A stretch of DNA of 64,000 bases from Paragordius varius (GCA_964247055.1 OZ176058.1:3906001-3970000), one strand, 5' to 3'; positions 29,101 to 45,780 are shown, numbered from the stretch's first letter. Notes: generated by a model from the sequence alone, not told the origin. Program-made: numbers and translations.

Positions 29101-30020
29101 CATAGCTTTTTATTGTTTCCAACAATCAAATTATATTATCTTTTAACTTTTTATTGTTTCCAACAATCAAACATATATAAACAATCAAAAAATCTTTCCA
29201 CCAACCAAATTATGTTGTCTTTTAACTTTTTAGTGTTTCCAACAATCAAACTTATATTTTCAACAATAAAATATTTTTTTCAATCAAAATATGTTTTCTT
29301 TTAACTTTTTAGTGTTTCCAACAATCAAACATATATTTTCAACAATCAAATAATTTTAACAATCAAAATATGTTCCCCAATAGCTTTATAGTGGTCCCAA
29401 CAATCAAACATATATTTTCAACAATCAAATAATAATTCCAACAATCAAAATATGTTTTCTTTTAAAATTTTAGTGTTTCCAACAATCAAACATATATTTT
29501 CAACAATCAAATAATTTTTCCAACAATCATAATATGTTGCCCCATAGCTTTTATTGTTTCCAACAATCAAATTATATTATCTTTTAACTTTTTATTGTTT
29601 CCAACAATAAAACATATATTTTCAACAATCAAATAATTTTTCCAACAATGAAATTATGTTTTCTTTTAACTTTTTATTGTCAACAATCAAACATATATTT
29701 TCAACAATCAAATATATTTCCAAAAATCAAAATATATTGCCAGCTTCTTATTCCCAACAATCAAACATATATTTTCAACAATCAAATAATTTTTCCAACA
29801 ATCAAATTATGTTTTATTTTAACTTTTTAGTGTTTCCAACAATCAAACATATTTTTTCAACAATCAAATAATTTTTTCAACATTAATATGTTGCCCAATA
29901 GCTTTTTAGTGTTTCCAACAATCTAACATATATTTTCAACAATCAAATAATTTTTCCAAAAATAAAATTATGTTTCGTTTTTTAGTGTTTCCAACAATCA
30001 AACATATATTTTCAACAATC
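26124..30020 (+). repeat. Tandem duplication, 1934-bp unit
   Basis: CATGTATTTT at 26217/28151, GTGGTCCC at 27457/29391 and ORF-track pair 27158/29092. TTCCCTCAATC and GTTGGCTCATAG also recur. Confidence 0.92.
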
Positions 30021-33000
30021 AAATAATTTTTGCAACAATCAAAATATATTTTCTTTTAACTTTTAGTGTTTCCATTAATCAAACATATATTTTCAACAAT
30101 CAAATAATTTTTGAAACAATCAAAATATGTTGCCCAATAGCTTTTTAGTATTCCCAACAATCAAACATATATTTTCAACAATCACATAATATTTAGAACA
30201 ATCAAAATATGTTTTCTTTTAACTTTTAGTGTTTCCAACAATCAAACATATAGTTTCAACAATCAAATAATTTTTCCAACAATCAAAATATGTTGCCCAA
30301 TAGCTTTTTAGTATTCCCAACAAACAAACATATATTTTCAACAATCAAATAATTTTTCCAACAATCAAAATATGTTTTCTTTTAACTTTTAGTGTTTCCA
30401 ACAATTAAACATATATTCTCAACAATCAAATAATTTTTCCAACAATCAAAATTGTTGTCTTTTAACTTTTTAGTGTTTCCAACAATCAAACATATTTTTT
30501 CAACAATCAAATAATTTTTTCAACAATCAAAATATGTCGCCCAATCGCTTTTTAGTGTTTCCATCAATCTAACATATATTTTCAACAATCAAATAATTTT
30601 CTAATTATGTTTTCTTTTTTTAGTGTTTCCAACAATCAAACAAATATTTTAAACAATCAAATAATTTTTCCAACAATCATAATATGTTTTCTTTTAACTT
30701 TTAGTGTTTCCAACAATCAGACATATATTTTCAACAATCTAATAATTTTTCCAACAATCAAAATTTGTTGTCTTTTAACTTTTTATTGTTTCCAACAATC
30801 AAACATATATTTTCAAAAATCAAATAATTTTTCCAACAATCAAATTATGTTGTCTTTTAACTTTTTAGTGTTTCCAACAATCAAATATATTTTCAACAAT
30901 CAAATAATTTTACCAACAATCAAAATATGATGCCCAATAGCTTTTTAGTGTTTCCAACAATCAAACATATATTTGCACAATCAAATAATTTTTACAACAA
31001 TCAAAATATGTTTTCTTTTAACTTTTTAGTGTTTCCAACAATCAAACATATATTTTCAACAATCGAATATTTTTTCCAACAATCAAAATATGTTGCCCAA
31101 TAACTTTTTATTGTTTGCAACAATCAAACATATATTTTCAACAATCAAATAATTTTTCAAACAATCAAAATATGTTGCCCAATAGCTTTTTAGTGTTTCC
31201 AACAATCAAACATATATTTTCAACAATCAAATAATTTTTCCAACAATCAAAATATGTTGCCCAATAGCATTTAGTATTTCCAACAATCAAACATATATTT
31301 TCAACAATCAAATAATTTTTCCAACAATCAAAATATGTTGTCTTTTAACTTTTTATTGTTTCCAACAATCAAACATATATTTTCAAAAATCAAATAATTT
31401 TTCCAACAATCAAATTATGTTGTCTTTTAACTTTTTAGTGTTTCCAACAATCAAACATATATTTTCAACAATCAAAAAATTTTTCCACCAACCAAATTAT
31501 GTTGTCTTTTAACTTTTTAGTGTTTCCAACAATCAAACTTATATTTTCAACAATAAAATATTTTTTTCAACAATCAAAATATGTTTTCTTTTAACTGTTT
31601 AGTGTTTCCAACAATCAAACATATATTTTCAACAATCAAATAATTTTAACAATCAAAATATGTTCCCCAATAGCTTTATAATGGTCCCAACAATCAAACA
31701 CATATTTTCAACAATCAAATAATTTTTGCAACAATAAAAATATGTTGCCCAATAGCTTTTTAGTATTCCCAACAATCAAACATATATTTTCAACAATCAA
31801 ATAATTTTTCCAACAATCAAAATATGTGCTTTTAACTTTTTATTGTTTCCAACAATCAAACATATATATTTTCAACAATCAAATAATTTTTCCAACAATC
31901 ATAATATGTTGCCCCATAGCTTTTATTGTTTCCAACAATCAAATAATATTATCTTTTAACTTTTTATTGTTTCCAACAATAAAACATATATTTTCAACAA
32001 TCAAATAATTTTTCCAACAATGAAATTATGTTTTCTTTTAACTTTTTATTGTCAACAATCAAACATATATTTTCAACAATCAAATAATATTTCCAAAAAT
32101 CAAAATATGTTGCCCAATAGCTTCTTATTCCCAACAATCAAACATATATTTTCAACAATCAAATAATTTTTCCAACAATCAAATTATGTTTTATTTTAAC
32201 TTTTTAGTGTTTCCAACAATCAAACATATTTTTTCAACAATCAAATAATTTTTTCAACATTAATATGTTGCCCAATAGCTTTTTAGTGTTTCCAACAATC
32301 TAACATATATTTTCAACAATCAAATAATTTTTCCAAAAATAAAATTATGTTTCGTTTTTTAGTGTTTCCACCAATCAAACATATATTTTCAACAATCAAA
32401 TAATTTTTGAAACAATCAAAATATGTTGCCCAATAGCTTTTTAGTATTCCCAACAATCAAACATATATTTTCAACAATCAAATAATATTTAGAACAATCA
32501 AAATATGTTTTCTTTTAACTTTTAGTGTTTCCAACAATCAAACATATAGTTTCAACAATCAAATAATTTTTCCAACAATCATAATATGTTGCCCAATAGC
32601 TTTTTAGTATTCCCAACAATCAAAAACATATTTTCAACAATCAAATAATTTTTCCAACAATCATAATATGTTTTCTTTTAACTTTTAGTGTTTCCAACAA
32701 TCAGACATATATTTTCAACAATCTAATAATTTTTCCAACAATCAAAATTTGTTGTCTTTTAACTTTTTATTGTTTCCAACAATCAAACATATATTTTCAA
32801 AAATCAAATAATTTTTCCAACAATCAAATTATGTTGTCTTTTAACTTTTTAGTGTTTCCAACAATCAAATATATTTTCAACAATCAAATAATTTTACCAA
32901 CAATCAAAATATGATGCCCAATAGCTTTTTAGTGTTTCCAACAATCAAACATATATTTGCACAATCAAATAATTTTTACAACAATCAAAATATGTTTTCT

Positions 33001-36000
33001 TTTAACTTTTTAGTGTTTCCAACAATCAAACATATATTTTCAACAATCGAATATTTTTTCCAACAATCAAAATATGTTGCCCAATAGCTTTTTATTGTTT
33101 GCAACAATCAAACATATATTTTCAACAATCAAATAATTTTTCAAACAATCAAAATATGTTGCCCAATAGCTTTTTAGTGTTTCCAACAATCAAACATATT
33201 TTCAACAATCAAATAATTTTTCCAACAATCAAAATATGTTGCCCAATAGCATTTAGTATTTCCAACAATCAAACATATATTTTCAACAATCAAATAATTT
33301 TTCCAACAATCAAAATATGTTGTCTTTTAACTTTTTTTTGTTTCCAACAATCAAACATATATTTTCAAAAATCAAATAATTTTTCCAACAATCAAATTAT
33401 GTTGTCTTTTAACTTTTTAGTGTTTCCAACAATCAAACATATATTTTCAACAATCAAATTTTTCCACCAACCAAATTATGTTGTCTTTTAACTTTTTAGT
33501 GTTTCCAACAATCAAACTTATATTTTCAACAATAAAATATTTTTTTCAACAATCAAAATATGTTTTCTTTTAACTGTTTAGTGTTTCCAACAATCAAACA
33601 TATATTTTCAACAATCAAATAATTTTAACAATCAAAATATGTTCCCCAATAGCTTTATAGTGGTCCCAACAATCAAACACATATTTTCAACAATCAAATA
33701 ATTTTTGCAACAATAAAAATATGTTGCCCAATAGCTTTTTAGTATTCCCAACAATCAAACATATATTTTCAACAATCAAATAATTTTTCCAACAATCAAA
33801 ATATGTGCTTTTAACTTTTTATTGTTTCCAACAATCAAACATATATTTTCAACAATCAAATAATTTTTCCAACAATCATAATATGTTGCCCCATAGCTTT
33901 TATTGTTTCCAACAATCAAATTATATTATCTTTTAACTTTTTATTGTTTCCAACAATAAAACATATATTTTCAACAATCAAATAATTTTTCCAACAATGA
34001 AATTATGTTTTCTTTTAACTTTTTATTGTCAACAATCAAACATATATTTTCAACAATCAAATAATATTTCCAAAAATCAAAATATGTTGCCCAATAGCTT
34101 CTTATTCCCAACAATCAAACATATATTTTCAACAATCAAATAATTTTTCCAACAATCAAATTATGTTTTATTTTAACTTTTTAGTGTTTCCAACAATCAA
34201 ACATATTTTTTCAACAATCAAAAAATTTTTTCAACATTAATATGTTGCCCAATAGCTTTTTAGTGTTTCCAACAATCTAACATATATTTTCAACAATCAA
34301 ATAATTTTTCCAAAAATAAAATTATGTTTCGTTTTTTAGTGTTTCCAACAATCAAACATATATTTTCAACAATCAAATAATTTTTGCAACAATCAAAATA
34401 TATTTTCTTTTAACTTTTAGTGTTTCCATTAATCAAACATATATTTTCAACAATCAAATAATTTTTGAAACAATCAAAATATGTTGCCCAATAGCTTTTT
34501 AGTATTCCCAACAATCAAACATATATTTTCAACAATCAAATAATATTTAGAACAATCAAAATATGTTTTCTTTTAACTTTTAGTGTTTCCAACAATCAAA
34601 CATATAGTTTCAACAATCAAATAATTTTTCCAACAATCAAAATATGTTGCCCAATAGCTTTTTAGTATTCCCAACAAACAAACATATATTTTCAACAATC
34701 AAATAATTTTTCCAACAATCAAAATATGTTTTCTTTTAACTTTTAGTGTTTCCAACAATTAAACATATATTCTCAACAATCAAATAATTTTTCCAACAAT
34801 CAAAATATGTTGTCTTTTAACTTTTTAGTGTTTCCAACAATCAAACATATTTTTTCAACAATCAAATAATTTTTTCAACAATCAAAATATGTCGCCCAAT
34901 AGCTTTTTAGTGTTTCCATCAATCTAACATATATTTTCAACAATCAAATAATTTTCTAATTATGTTTTCTTTTTTTAGTGTTTCCAACAATCAAACAAAT
35001 ATTTTAAACAATCAAATAATTTTTCCAACAATCATAATATGTTTTCTTTTAACTTTTAGTGTTTCCAACAATCAGACATATATTTTCAACAATCTAATAA
35101 TTTTTCCAACAATCAAAATTTGTTGTCTTTTAACTTTTTATTGTTTCCAACAATCAAACATATATTTTCAAAAATCAAATAATTTTTCCAACAATCAAAT
35201 TATGTTGTCTTTTAACTTTTTAGTGTTTCCAACAATCAAATATATTTTCAACAATCAAATAATTTTACCAACAATCAAAATATGATGCCCAATAGCTTTT
35301 TAGTGTTTCCAACAATCAAACATATATTTGCACAATCAAATAATTTTTACAACAATCAAAATATGTTTTCTTTTAACTTTTTAGTGTTTCCAACAATCAA
35401 ACATATATTTTCAACAATCGAATATTTTTTCCAACAATCAAAATATGTTGCCCAATAACTTTTTATTGTTTGCAACAATCAAACATATATTTTCAACAAT
35501 CAAATAATTTTTCAAACAATCAAAATATGTTGCCCAATAGCTTTTTAGTGTTTCCAACAATCAAACATATATTTTCAACAATCAAATAATTTTTCCAACA
35601 ATCAAAATATGTTGCCCAATAGCATTTAGTATTTCCAACAATCAAACATATATTTTCAACAATCAAATAATTTTTCCAACAATCAAAATATGTTGTCTTT
35701 TAACTTTTTATTGTTTCCAACAATCAAACATATATTTTCAAAAATCAAATAATTTTTCCAACAATCAAATTATGTTGTCTTTTAACTTTTTAGTGTTTCC
35801 AACAATCAAACATATATTTTCAACAATCAAAAAATTTTTCCACCAACCAAATTATGTTGTCTTTTAACTTTTTAGTGTTTCCAACAATCAAACTTATATT
35901 TTCAACAATAAAATATTTTTTTCAACAATCAAAATATGTTTTCTTTTAACTGTTTAGTGTTTCCAACAATCAAACATATATTTTCAACAATCAAATAATT

Positions 36001-36930
36001 TTAACAATCAAAATATGTTCCCCAATAGCTTTATAGTGGTCCCAACAATCAAACACATATTTTCAACAATCAAATAATTTTTGCAACAATAAAAATATGT
36101 TGCCCAATAGCTTTTTAGTATTCCCAACAATCAAACATATATTTTCAACAATCAAAAAATTTTTCCAACAATCAAAATATGTGCTTTTAACTTTTTATTG
36201 TTTCCAACAATCAAACATATATTTTCAACAATCAAATGATTTTTCCAACAATCATAATATGTTGCCCCATAGCTTTTATTGTTTCCAACAATCAAATAAT
36301 ATTATCTTTTAACTTTTTATTGTTTCCAACAATAAAACATATATTTTCAACAATCAAATAATTTTTCCAACAATGAAATTATGTTTTCTTTTAACTTTTT
36401 ATTGTCAACAATCAAACATATATTTTCAACAATCAAATAATATTTCCAAAAATCAAAATATGTTGCCCAATAGCTTCTTATTCCCAACAATCAAACATAT
36501 ATTTTCAACAATCAAATAATTTTTCCAACAATCAAATTATGTTTTATTTTAACTTTTTAGTGTTTCCAACAATCAAACATATTTTTTCAACAATCAAATA
36601 ATTTTTTCAACATTAATATGTTGCCCAATAGCTTTTTAGTGTTTCCAACAATCTAACATATATTTTCAACAATCAAATAATTTTTCCAAAAATAAAATTA
36701 TGTTTCGTTTTTTAGTGTTTCCACCAATCAAACATATATTTTCAACAATCAAATAATTTTTGAAACAATCAAAATATGTTGCCCAATAGCTTTTTAGTAT
36801 TCCCAACAATCAAACATATATTTTCAACAATCAAATAATATTTAGAACAATCAAAATATGTTTTCTTTTAACTTTTAGTGTCCAACAATCAAACATATAG
36901 TTTCAACAATCAAATAATTTTTCCAACAAT
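29470..36930 (+). repeat. Duplicated about 3-kb block at about 4355-bp offset
   Basis: ORF-track pair 30607/34962, GGTCCC landmark at 31681/36036 and CATATAGTTT at 30247/34601. Ends are approximate. Confidence 0.8.
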
Positions 36931-39729
36931 CAAAATATGTTGCCCAATAGCTTTTTAGTATTCCCAACAAACAAACATATATTTTCAACAATCAAATAAT
37001 TTTTCCAACAATCAAAATATGTTTTCTTTTAACTTTTAGTGTTTCCAACAATTAAACATATATTCTCAACAATCAAATAATTTTTCCAACAATCAAAATA
37101 TGTTGTCTTTTAACTTTTTAGTGTTTCCAACAATCAAACAAATATTTTCAACAATCAAATAATTTTTGCAACAATCATAATATGTTGCCCAATAGCTTTT
37201 TAGTATTCCCAACAATCAAAAACATATTTTCAACAATCAAATAATTTTTCCAACAATCATAATATGTTTTCTTTTAACTTTTAGTGTTTCCAACAATCAG
37301 ACATATATTTTCAACAATCTAATAATTTTTCCAACAATCAAAATTTGTTGTCTTTTAACTTTTTATTGTTTCCAACAATCAAACATATATTTTCAAAAAT
37401 CAAATAATTTTTCCAACAATCAAATTATGTTGTCTTTTAACTTTTTAGTGTTTCCAACAATCAAATATATTTTCAACAATCAAATAATTTTACCAACAAT
37501 CAAAATATGATGCCCAATAGCTTTTTAGTGTTTCCAACAATCAAACATATATTTGCACAATCAAATAATTTTTACAACAATCAAAATATGTTTTCTTTTA
37601 ACTTTTTAGTGTTTCCAACAATCAAACATATATTTTCAACAATCGAATATTTTTTCCAACAATCAAAATATGTTGCCCAATAGCTTTTTATTGTTTGCAA
37701 CAATCAAACATATATTTTCAACAATCAAATAATTTTTCAAACAATCAAAATATGTTGCCCAATAGCTTTTTAGTGTTTCCAACAATCAAACATATATTTT
37801 CAACAATCAAATAATTTTTCCAACAATCAAAATATGTTGCCCAATAGCATTTAGTATTTCCAACAATCAAACATATATTTTCAACAATCAAATAATTTTT
37901 CCAACAATCAAAATATGTTGTCTTTTAACTTTTTATTGTTTCCAACAATCAAACATATATTTTCAAAAATCAAATAATTTTTCCAACAATCAAATTATGT
38001 TGTCTTTTAACTTTTTAGTGTTTCCAACAATCAAACATATATTTTCAACAATCAAAAAATTTTTCCACCAACCAAATTATGTTGTCTTTTAACTTTTTAG
38101 TGTTTCCAACAATCAAACTTATATTTTCAACAATAAAATATTTTTTTCAACAATCAAAATATGTTTTCTTTTAACTGTTTAGTGTTTCCAACAATCAAAC
38201 ATATATTTTCAACAATCAAATAATTTTAACAATCAAAATATGTTCCCCAATAGCTTTATAGTGGTCCCAACAATCAAACACATATTTTCAACAATCAAAT
38301 AATTTTTGCAACAATAAAAATATGTTGCCCAATAGCTTTTTAGTATTCCCAACAATCAAACATATATTTTCAACAATCAAATAATTTTTCCAACAATCAA
38401 AATATGTGCTTTTAACTTTTTATTGTTTCCAACAATCAAACATATATTTTCAACAATCAAATAATTTTTCCAACAATCATAATATGTTGCCCCATAGCTT
38501 TTATTGTTTCCAACAATCAAATTATATTATCTTTTAACTTTTAATTGTTTCCAACAATAAAACATATATTTTCAACAATCAAATAATTTTTCCAACAATG
38601 AAATTATGTTTTCTTTTAACTTTTTATTGTCAACAATCAAACATATATTTTCAACAATCAAATAATATTTCCAAAAATCAAAATATGTTGCCCAATAGCT
38701 TCTTATTCCCAACAATCAAACATATATTTTCAACAATCAAATAATTTTTCCAACAATCAAATTATGTTTTATTTTAACTTTTTAGTGTTTCCAACAATCA
38801 AACATATTTTTTCAACAATCAAATAATTTTTTCAACATTAATATGTTGCCCAATAGCTTTTTAGTGTTTCCAACAATCTAACATATATTTTCAACAATCA
38901 AATAATTTTTCCAAAAATAAAATTATGTTTCGTTTTTTAGTGTTTCCACCAATCAAACATATATTTTCAACAATCAAATAATTTTTGAAACAATCAAAGT
39001 ATGTTGCCCAATAGCTTTTTAGTATTCCCAACAATCAAACATATATTTTCAACAATCAAATAATATTTAGAACAATCAAAATATATTTTCTTTTAACTTT
39101 TAGTGTTTCCAACAATAAAACATATATTTTCAACAATCAAATAATTTTTCCAACAATCAAAATATTTTTGCCCAATAGCTTTTTAGTATTCCCAACAAAC
39201 ACACATATATTTTCAACAATCAAATAATTTTTCCAACAATCAAAATATGTTTTCTTTTAACTTTTAGTGTTTCCAAAAATTAAACATATATTTTCAACAA
39301 TCAAATAATTTTTCCAACAATCAAAATATGTTGTCTTTTAACTTTTTAGTGTTTCCAACAATCAAACATATTTTTTCAACAATCAAATAATTTTTTCAAC
39401 AATCATATGTTGCCCAATAGCTTTTTAGTGTTTCCATCAATCTAACATATATTTTCAACAATCAAATAATTTTCTAATTATGTTTTCTTTTTTTAGTGTT
39501 TCCAACAATCAAACAAATATTTTCAACAATCAAATAATTTTTGCAACAATCATAATATGTTGCCCAATAGCTTTTTAGTATTCCCAACAATCAAAAATAT
39601 ATTTTCAACAATCAAATAATTTTTCCAACAATCATAATATGTTTTCTTTTAACTTTTAGTGTTTCCAACAATCATTCATATATTTTCAACAATCTAATAA
39701 TTTTTCCAACAATCAAAATTTGTTGTCTT

Positions 39730-42700
39730 TTAACTTTTTATTGTTTCCAACAATCAAAAATATATTTTCAAAAATCAAATAATTTTTCCAACAATCAAAT
39801 TATGTTGTCTTTTAACTTTTTAGTGTTTCCAACAATCAAACATATATTTTCAACAATCAAATAATTTTACCAACAATCAAAATAAGATGCCCAATAGCTT
39901 TTTAGTGTTTCCAACAATCAAACATATATTTTCACAATCAAATAATTTTTACAACAATCAAAATATGTTTTCTTTTAACTTTTTAGTGTTTCCAACAATC
40001 AAACATATATTTTCAACAATCGAATATTTTTTCCAACAATCAAAATATGTTGCCCAATAGCTTTTTATTGTTTCCAACAATCAAACATATATTTTCAACA
40101 ATCAAATAATTTTTCAAACAATCAAAATATGTTGCCCAATAGCTTTTTAGTGTTTCCAACAATCAAACATATATTTTCAACAATCAAATAATTTTTCCAA
40201 CAATCAAAATATGTTGCCCAATAGCATTTAGTATTTCCAACAATCAAACATATATTTTCAACAATCAAATAATTTTTCCAACAATCAAAATATGTTGTCT
40301 TTTAACTTTTTATTGTTTCCAACAATCAAACATATATTTTCAAAAATCAAATAATTTTTCCAACAATCAAATTATGTTGTCTTTTAACTTTTTAGTGTTT
40401 CCAACAATCAAACATATATTTTCAACAATCAAATAATTTTACCAACAATCAAAATATGATGCCCAATAGCTTTTTAGTGTTTCCAACAATCAAACATATA
40501 TTTGCACAATCAAATAATTTTTACAACAATCAAAATATGTTTTCTTTTAACTTTTTAGTGTTTCCAACAATCAAACATATATTTTCAACAATCGAATAAT
40601 TTTTCAAACAATCAAAATATGTTGCCCAATAGCTTTTTAGTGTTTCCAACAATCAAACATATATTTTCAACAATCAAATAATTTTTCAAACAATCAAAAT
40701 ATGTTGCCCAATAGCTTTTTAGTGTTTCCAACAATCAAACATATATTTTCAACAATCAAATAATTTTTCCAACAAGCAAAATCTGTTGCCCAATAGCATT
40801 TAGTATTTCCAACAATCAAACATATATTTTCAACAATCAAATAATTTTTCCAACAATCAAAATATGTTTTGTTTTAACTTTTTAGTGTTTCCAACAATCA
40901 AACATATATTTTCAACAATCAAATAATTTTTCCAACAATCATAAAATGTTGCCCTATAGCTTTTTATTGTTTCCAACAAACAATTTATATTATCTTTTAA
41001 CTTTTTATTGTTTCCAACAATCAAACATATATCAACAATCAAAAAATTTTTCCACCAACCAAATTATGTTGTCTTTTAACTTTTTAGTGTTTCCAACAAT
41101 CAAACTTATATTTTCAACAATAAAATATTTTTTTCAACAATCAAAATATGTTTTCTTTTAACTTTTTAGTGTTTCCAACAATCAAACATATATTTTCAAC
41201 AATCAAATAATTTTAACAATCAAAATATGTTCCCCAATAGCTTTATAGTGGTCCCAACAATCAAACATATATTTTCAACAATCAAATAATTTTTGCAACA
41301 ATAAAAATATGTTGCCCAATAGCTTTTTAGTAATCCCAACAATCAAACATATATTTTCAACAATCAAATAATTTTTCCAACAATCAAAATATGTGCTTTT
41401 AACTTTTTATTGTTTCCAACAATCAAACATATATTTTCAACAATCAAATAATTTTTCCAACAATCATAATATGTTGCCCCATAGCTTTTTATTGTTTCCA
41501 ACAATCAAATTATATTATCTTTTAACTTTTTATTGTTTCCAACAATCAAACATATATTTTCAACAATCAAATAATTTTTACAACAATGAAATTATGTTTT
41601 CTTTTAACTTTTTATTGTCAACAATCAAACATATATTTTCAACAATCAAATAATATTTCCAAAAATCAAAATATGTTGCCCAATAGCTTCTTATTCCCAA
41701 CAATCAAACATATATTTTCAACAATCAAATAATTTTTCCAACAATCAAATTATGTTTTATTTTAACTTTTTAGTGTTTCCAACAATCAAACATATTTTTT
41801 CAACAATCAAATAATTTTTTCAACATTAATATGTTGCCCAATAGCTTTTTAGTGTTTCCAACAATCTAACATATATTTTCAACAATCAAATAATTTTTCC
41901 AAAAATAAAATTATGTTTCGTTTTTTAAGTGTTTCCAACAATCAAAAATATATTTTCAACAATCAAATAATTTTTGCAACAATCAAAATATATTTTCTTT
42001 TAACTTTTAGTGTTTCCACCAATCAAACATATATTTTCAACAATCAAATATTTTTTGAGACAATCAAAATATGTTGTCCAATAGCTTTTTAGTATTCCCA
42101 ACAATCAAACATATATTTTAAACAATCAAATAATATTTAGAACAATCAAAATATGTTTTCTTTTAACTTTTAATGTTTCCAACAATCAAACATATATTTT
42201 CAACAATCAAATAATTTTTCCAACAATCAAAATATGTTGCCCAATAGCTTTTTAGTATTCCCAACAAACAAACATATATTTTCAACAATCAAATAATTTT
42301 TCCAACAATCAAAATATGTTTTCTTTTAACTTAGTGTTTCCAACAATCAAACAAATATTTTCAACAATCAAATAATTTTTCCAACAATCAAAATATGTTG
42401 TCTTTTAACTTTTTAGTGTTTCCAACAATCAAACATATTTTTTCAACAATCAAATAATTTTTTCAACAATCATATGTTGCCCAATAGCTTTTTAGTGTTT
42501 CCATCAATCTAACATATATTTTCAACAATCAAATAATTTTCTAATTATGTTTTCTTTTTTTACTGTTTCCAATAATCAAACAAATATTTTCAACAATCAA
42601 ATAATTTTTGCAACAATCATAATATGTTGCCCAATAGCTTTTTAGTATTCCCAACAATCAAAAATATATTTTCAACAATCAAATAATTTTTCCATCAATC

Positions 42701-45700
42701 ATAATATGTTTTCTTTTAACTTTTAATGTTTCCAAAAATCAGACATATATTTTCAACAATCAAATAATTTTTCCAACAATCAAAATATGTTGTCTTTTAA
42801 CTTTTTATTGTTTCCAACAATCAAAAATATATTTTCAAAAATCAAATAATTTTTCCAACAATCAAATTATGTTGTCTTTTAACTTTTTAGTGTTTCCAAC
42901 AATCAAACATATATTTTCAACAATCAAATAATTTTACCAACAATCAAAATATGATGCCCAATAGCTTTTTAGTGTTTCCAACAATCAAACATATATTTTC
43001 ACAATCAAATAATTTTTACAACAATCAAAATATGTTTTCTTTTAACTTTTTAGTGTTTCCAACAATCAAACATATATTTTCAACAATCGAATATTTTTTC
43101 CAACAATCAAAATATGTTGCCCAATAGCTTTTTATTGTTTCCAACAATCAAACATATATTTTCAACAATCAAATAATTTTTCAAACAATCAAAATATGTT
43201 GCCCAATAGCTTTTTAGTGTTTCCAACAATCAAACATATATTTTCAACAATCAAATAATTTTTCCAACAATCAAAATATGTTGCCCAATAGCATTTAGTA
43301 TTTCCAACAATCAAACATATATTTTCAACAATCAAATAATTTTTCCAACAATCAAAATATGTTGTCTTTTAACTTTTTATTGTTTCCAACAATCAAACAT
43401 ATATTTTCAAAAATCAAATAATTTTTCCAACAATCAAATTATGTTGTCTTTTAACTTTTTAGTGTTTCCAACAATCAAACATATATTTTCAACAATCAAA
43501 TAATTTTACCAACAATCAAAATATGATGCCCAATAGCTTTTTAGTGTTTCCAACAATCAAACATATATTTGCACAATCTAATTTTTACAACAATCAAAAT
43601 ATGTTTTCTTTTAACTTTTTAGTGTTTCCAACAATCAAACATATATTTTCAACAATCGAATAATTTTTCAAACAATCAAAATATGTTGCCCAATAGCTTT
43701 TTAGTGTTTCCAACAATCAAACATATATTTTCAACAATCAAATAATTTTTCCAACAAGCAAAATCTGTTGCCCAATAGCATTTAGTATTTCCAACAATCA
43801 AACATATATTTTCAACAATCAAATAATTTTTCCAACAATCAAAATATGTTTTGTTTTAACTTTTTAGTGTTTCCAACAATCAAACATATATTTTCAACAA
43901 TCAAATAATTTTTCCAACAATCATAAAATGTTGCCCTATAGCTTTTTATTGTTTCCAACAAACAATTTATATTATCTTTTAACTTTTTATTGTTTCCAAC
44001 AATCAAACATATATCAACAATCAAAAAATTTTTCCACCAACCAAATTATGTTGTCTTTTAACTTTTTAGTGTTTCCAACAATCAAACTTATATTTTCAAC
44101 AATAAAATATTTTTTTCAACAATCAAAATATGTTTTCTTTTAACTTTTTAGTGTTTCCAACAATCAAACATATATTTTCAACAATCAAATAATTTTAACA
44201 ATCAAAATATGTTCCCCAATAGCTTTATAGTGGTCCCAACAATCAAACATATATTTTCAACAATCAAATAATTTTTGCAACAATAAAAATATGTTGCCCA
44301 ATAGCTTTTTAGTAATCCCAACAATCAAACATATATTTTCAACAATCAAATAATTTTTCCAACAATCAAAATATGTGCTTTTAACTTTTTATTGTTTCCA
44401 ACAATCAAACATATATTTTCAACAATCAAATAATTTTTCCAACAATCATAATATGTTGCCCCATAGCTTTTTATTGTTTCCAACAATCAAATTATATTAT
44501 CTTTTAACTTTTTATTGTTTCCAACAATCAAACATATATTTTCAACAATCAAATAATTTTTACAACAATGAAATTATGTTTTCTTTTAACTTTTTATTGT
44601 CAACAATCAAAAATATATTTTCAACAATCAAATAATATTTCCAAAAATCAAAATATGTTGCCCAATAGCTTCTTATTCCCAACAATCAAACATATATTTT
44701 CAACAATCAAATAATTTTTCCAACAATCAAATTATGTTTTATTTTAACTTTTTAGTGTTTCCAACAATCAAACATATTTTTTCAACAATCAAATAATTTT
44801 TTCAACATTAATATGTTGCCCAATAGCTTTTTAGTGTTTCCAACAATCTAACATATATTTTCAACAATCAAATAATTTTTCCAAAAATAAAATTATGTTT
44901 CGTTTTTTAAGTGTTTCCAACAATCAAAAATATGTTTCCACCAATCAAACATATATTTTCAACAATCAAATATTTTTTGAGACAATCAAAATATGTTGTC
45001 CAATAGCTTTTTAGTATTCCCAACAATCAAACATATATTTTAAACAATCAAATAATATTTAGAACAATCAAAATATGTTTTCTTTTAACTTTTAATGTTT
45101 CCAACAATCAAACATATATTATCAACAATCAAATAATTTTTCCAACAATCAAAATATGTTGCCCAATAGCTTTTTAGTATTCCCAACAAACAAACATATA
45201 TTTTCAACAATCAAATAATTTTTCCAACAATCAAAATATGTTTTCTTTTAACTTAGTGTTTCCAACAATCAAACAAATATTTTCAACAATCAAATAATTT
45301 TTCCAACAATCAAAATATGTTGTCTTTTAACTTTTTAGTGTTTCCAACAATCAAACATATTTTTTCAACAATCAAATAATTTTTTCAACAATCATATGTT
45401 GCCCAATAGCTTTTTAGTGTTTCCATCAATCTAACATATATTTTCAACAATCAAATAATTTTCTAATTATGTTTTCTTTTTTTACTGTTTCCAATAATCA
45501 AACAAATATTTTCAACAATCAAATAATTTTTGCAACAATCATAATATGTTGCCCAATAGCTTTTTAGTATTCCCAACAATCAAAAATATATTTTCAACAA
45601 TCAAATAATTTTTCCATCAATCATAATATGTTTTCTTTTAACTTTTAATGTTTCCAACAATCAGACATATATTTTCAACAATCAAATAATTTTTCCAACA

Positions 45701-45780
45701 ATCAAAATATGTTGTCTTTTAACTTTTTATTGTTTCCAACAATCAAACATATATTTTCAAAAATCAAATAATTTTTCCAA
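39730..45780 (+). repeat. Tandem duplication of a full higher-order unit (about 3 kb)
   Basis: Offset is 3067, then 2982 (40946/43928, 41248/44230), then 2922 (42721/45643). The steps match one monomer plus 3 bp, and a 60-bp deletion. Confidence 0.9.
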
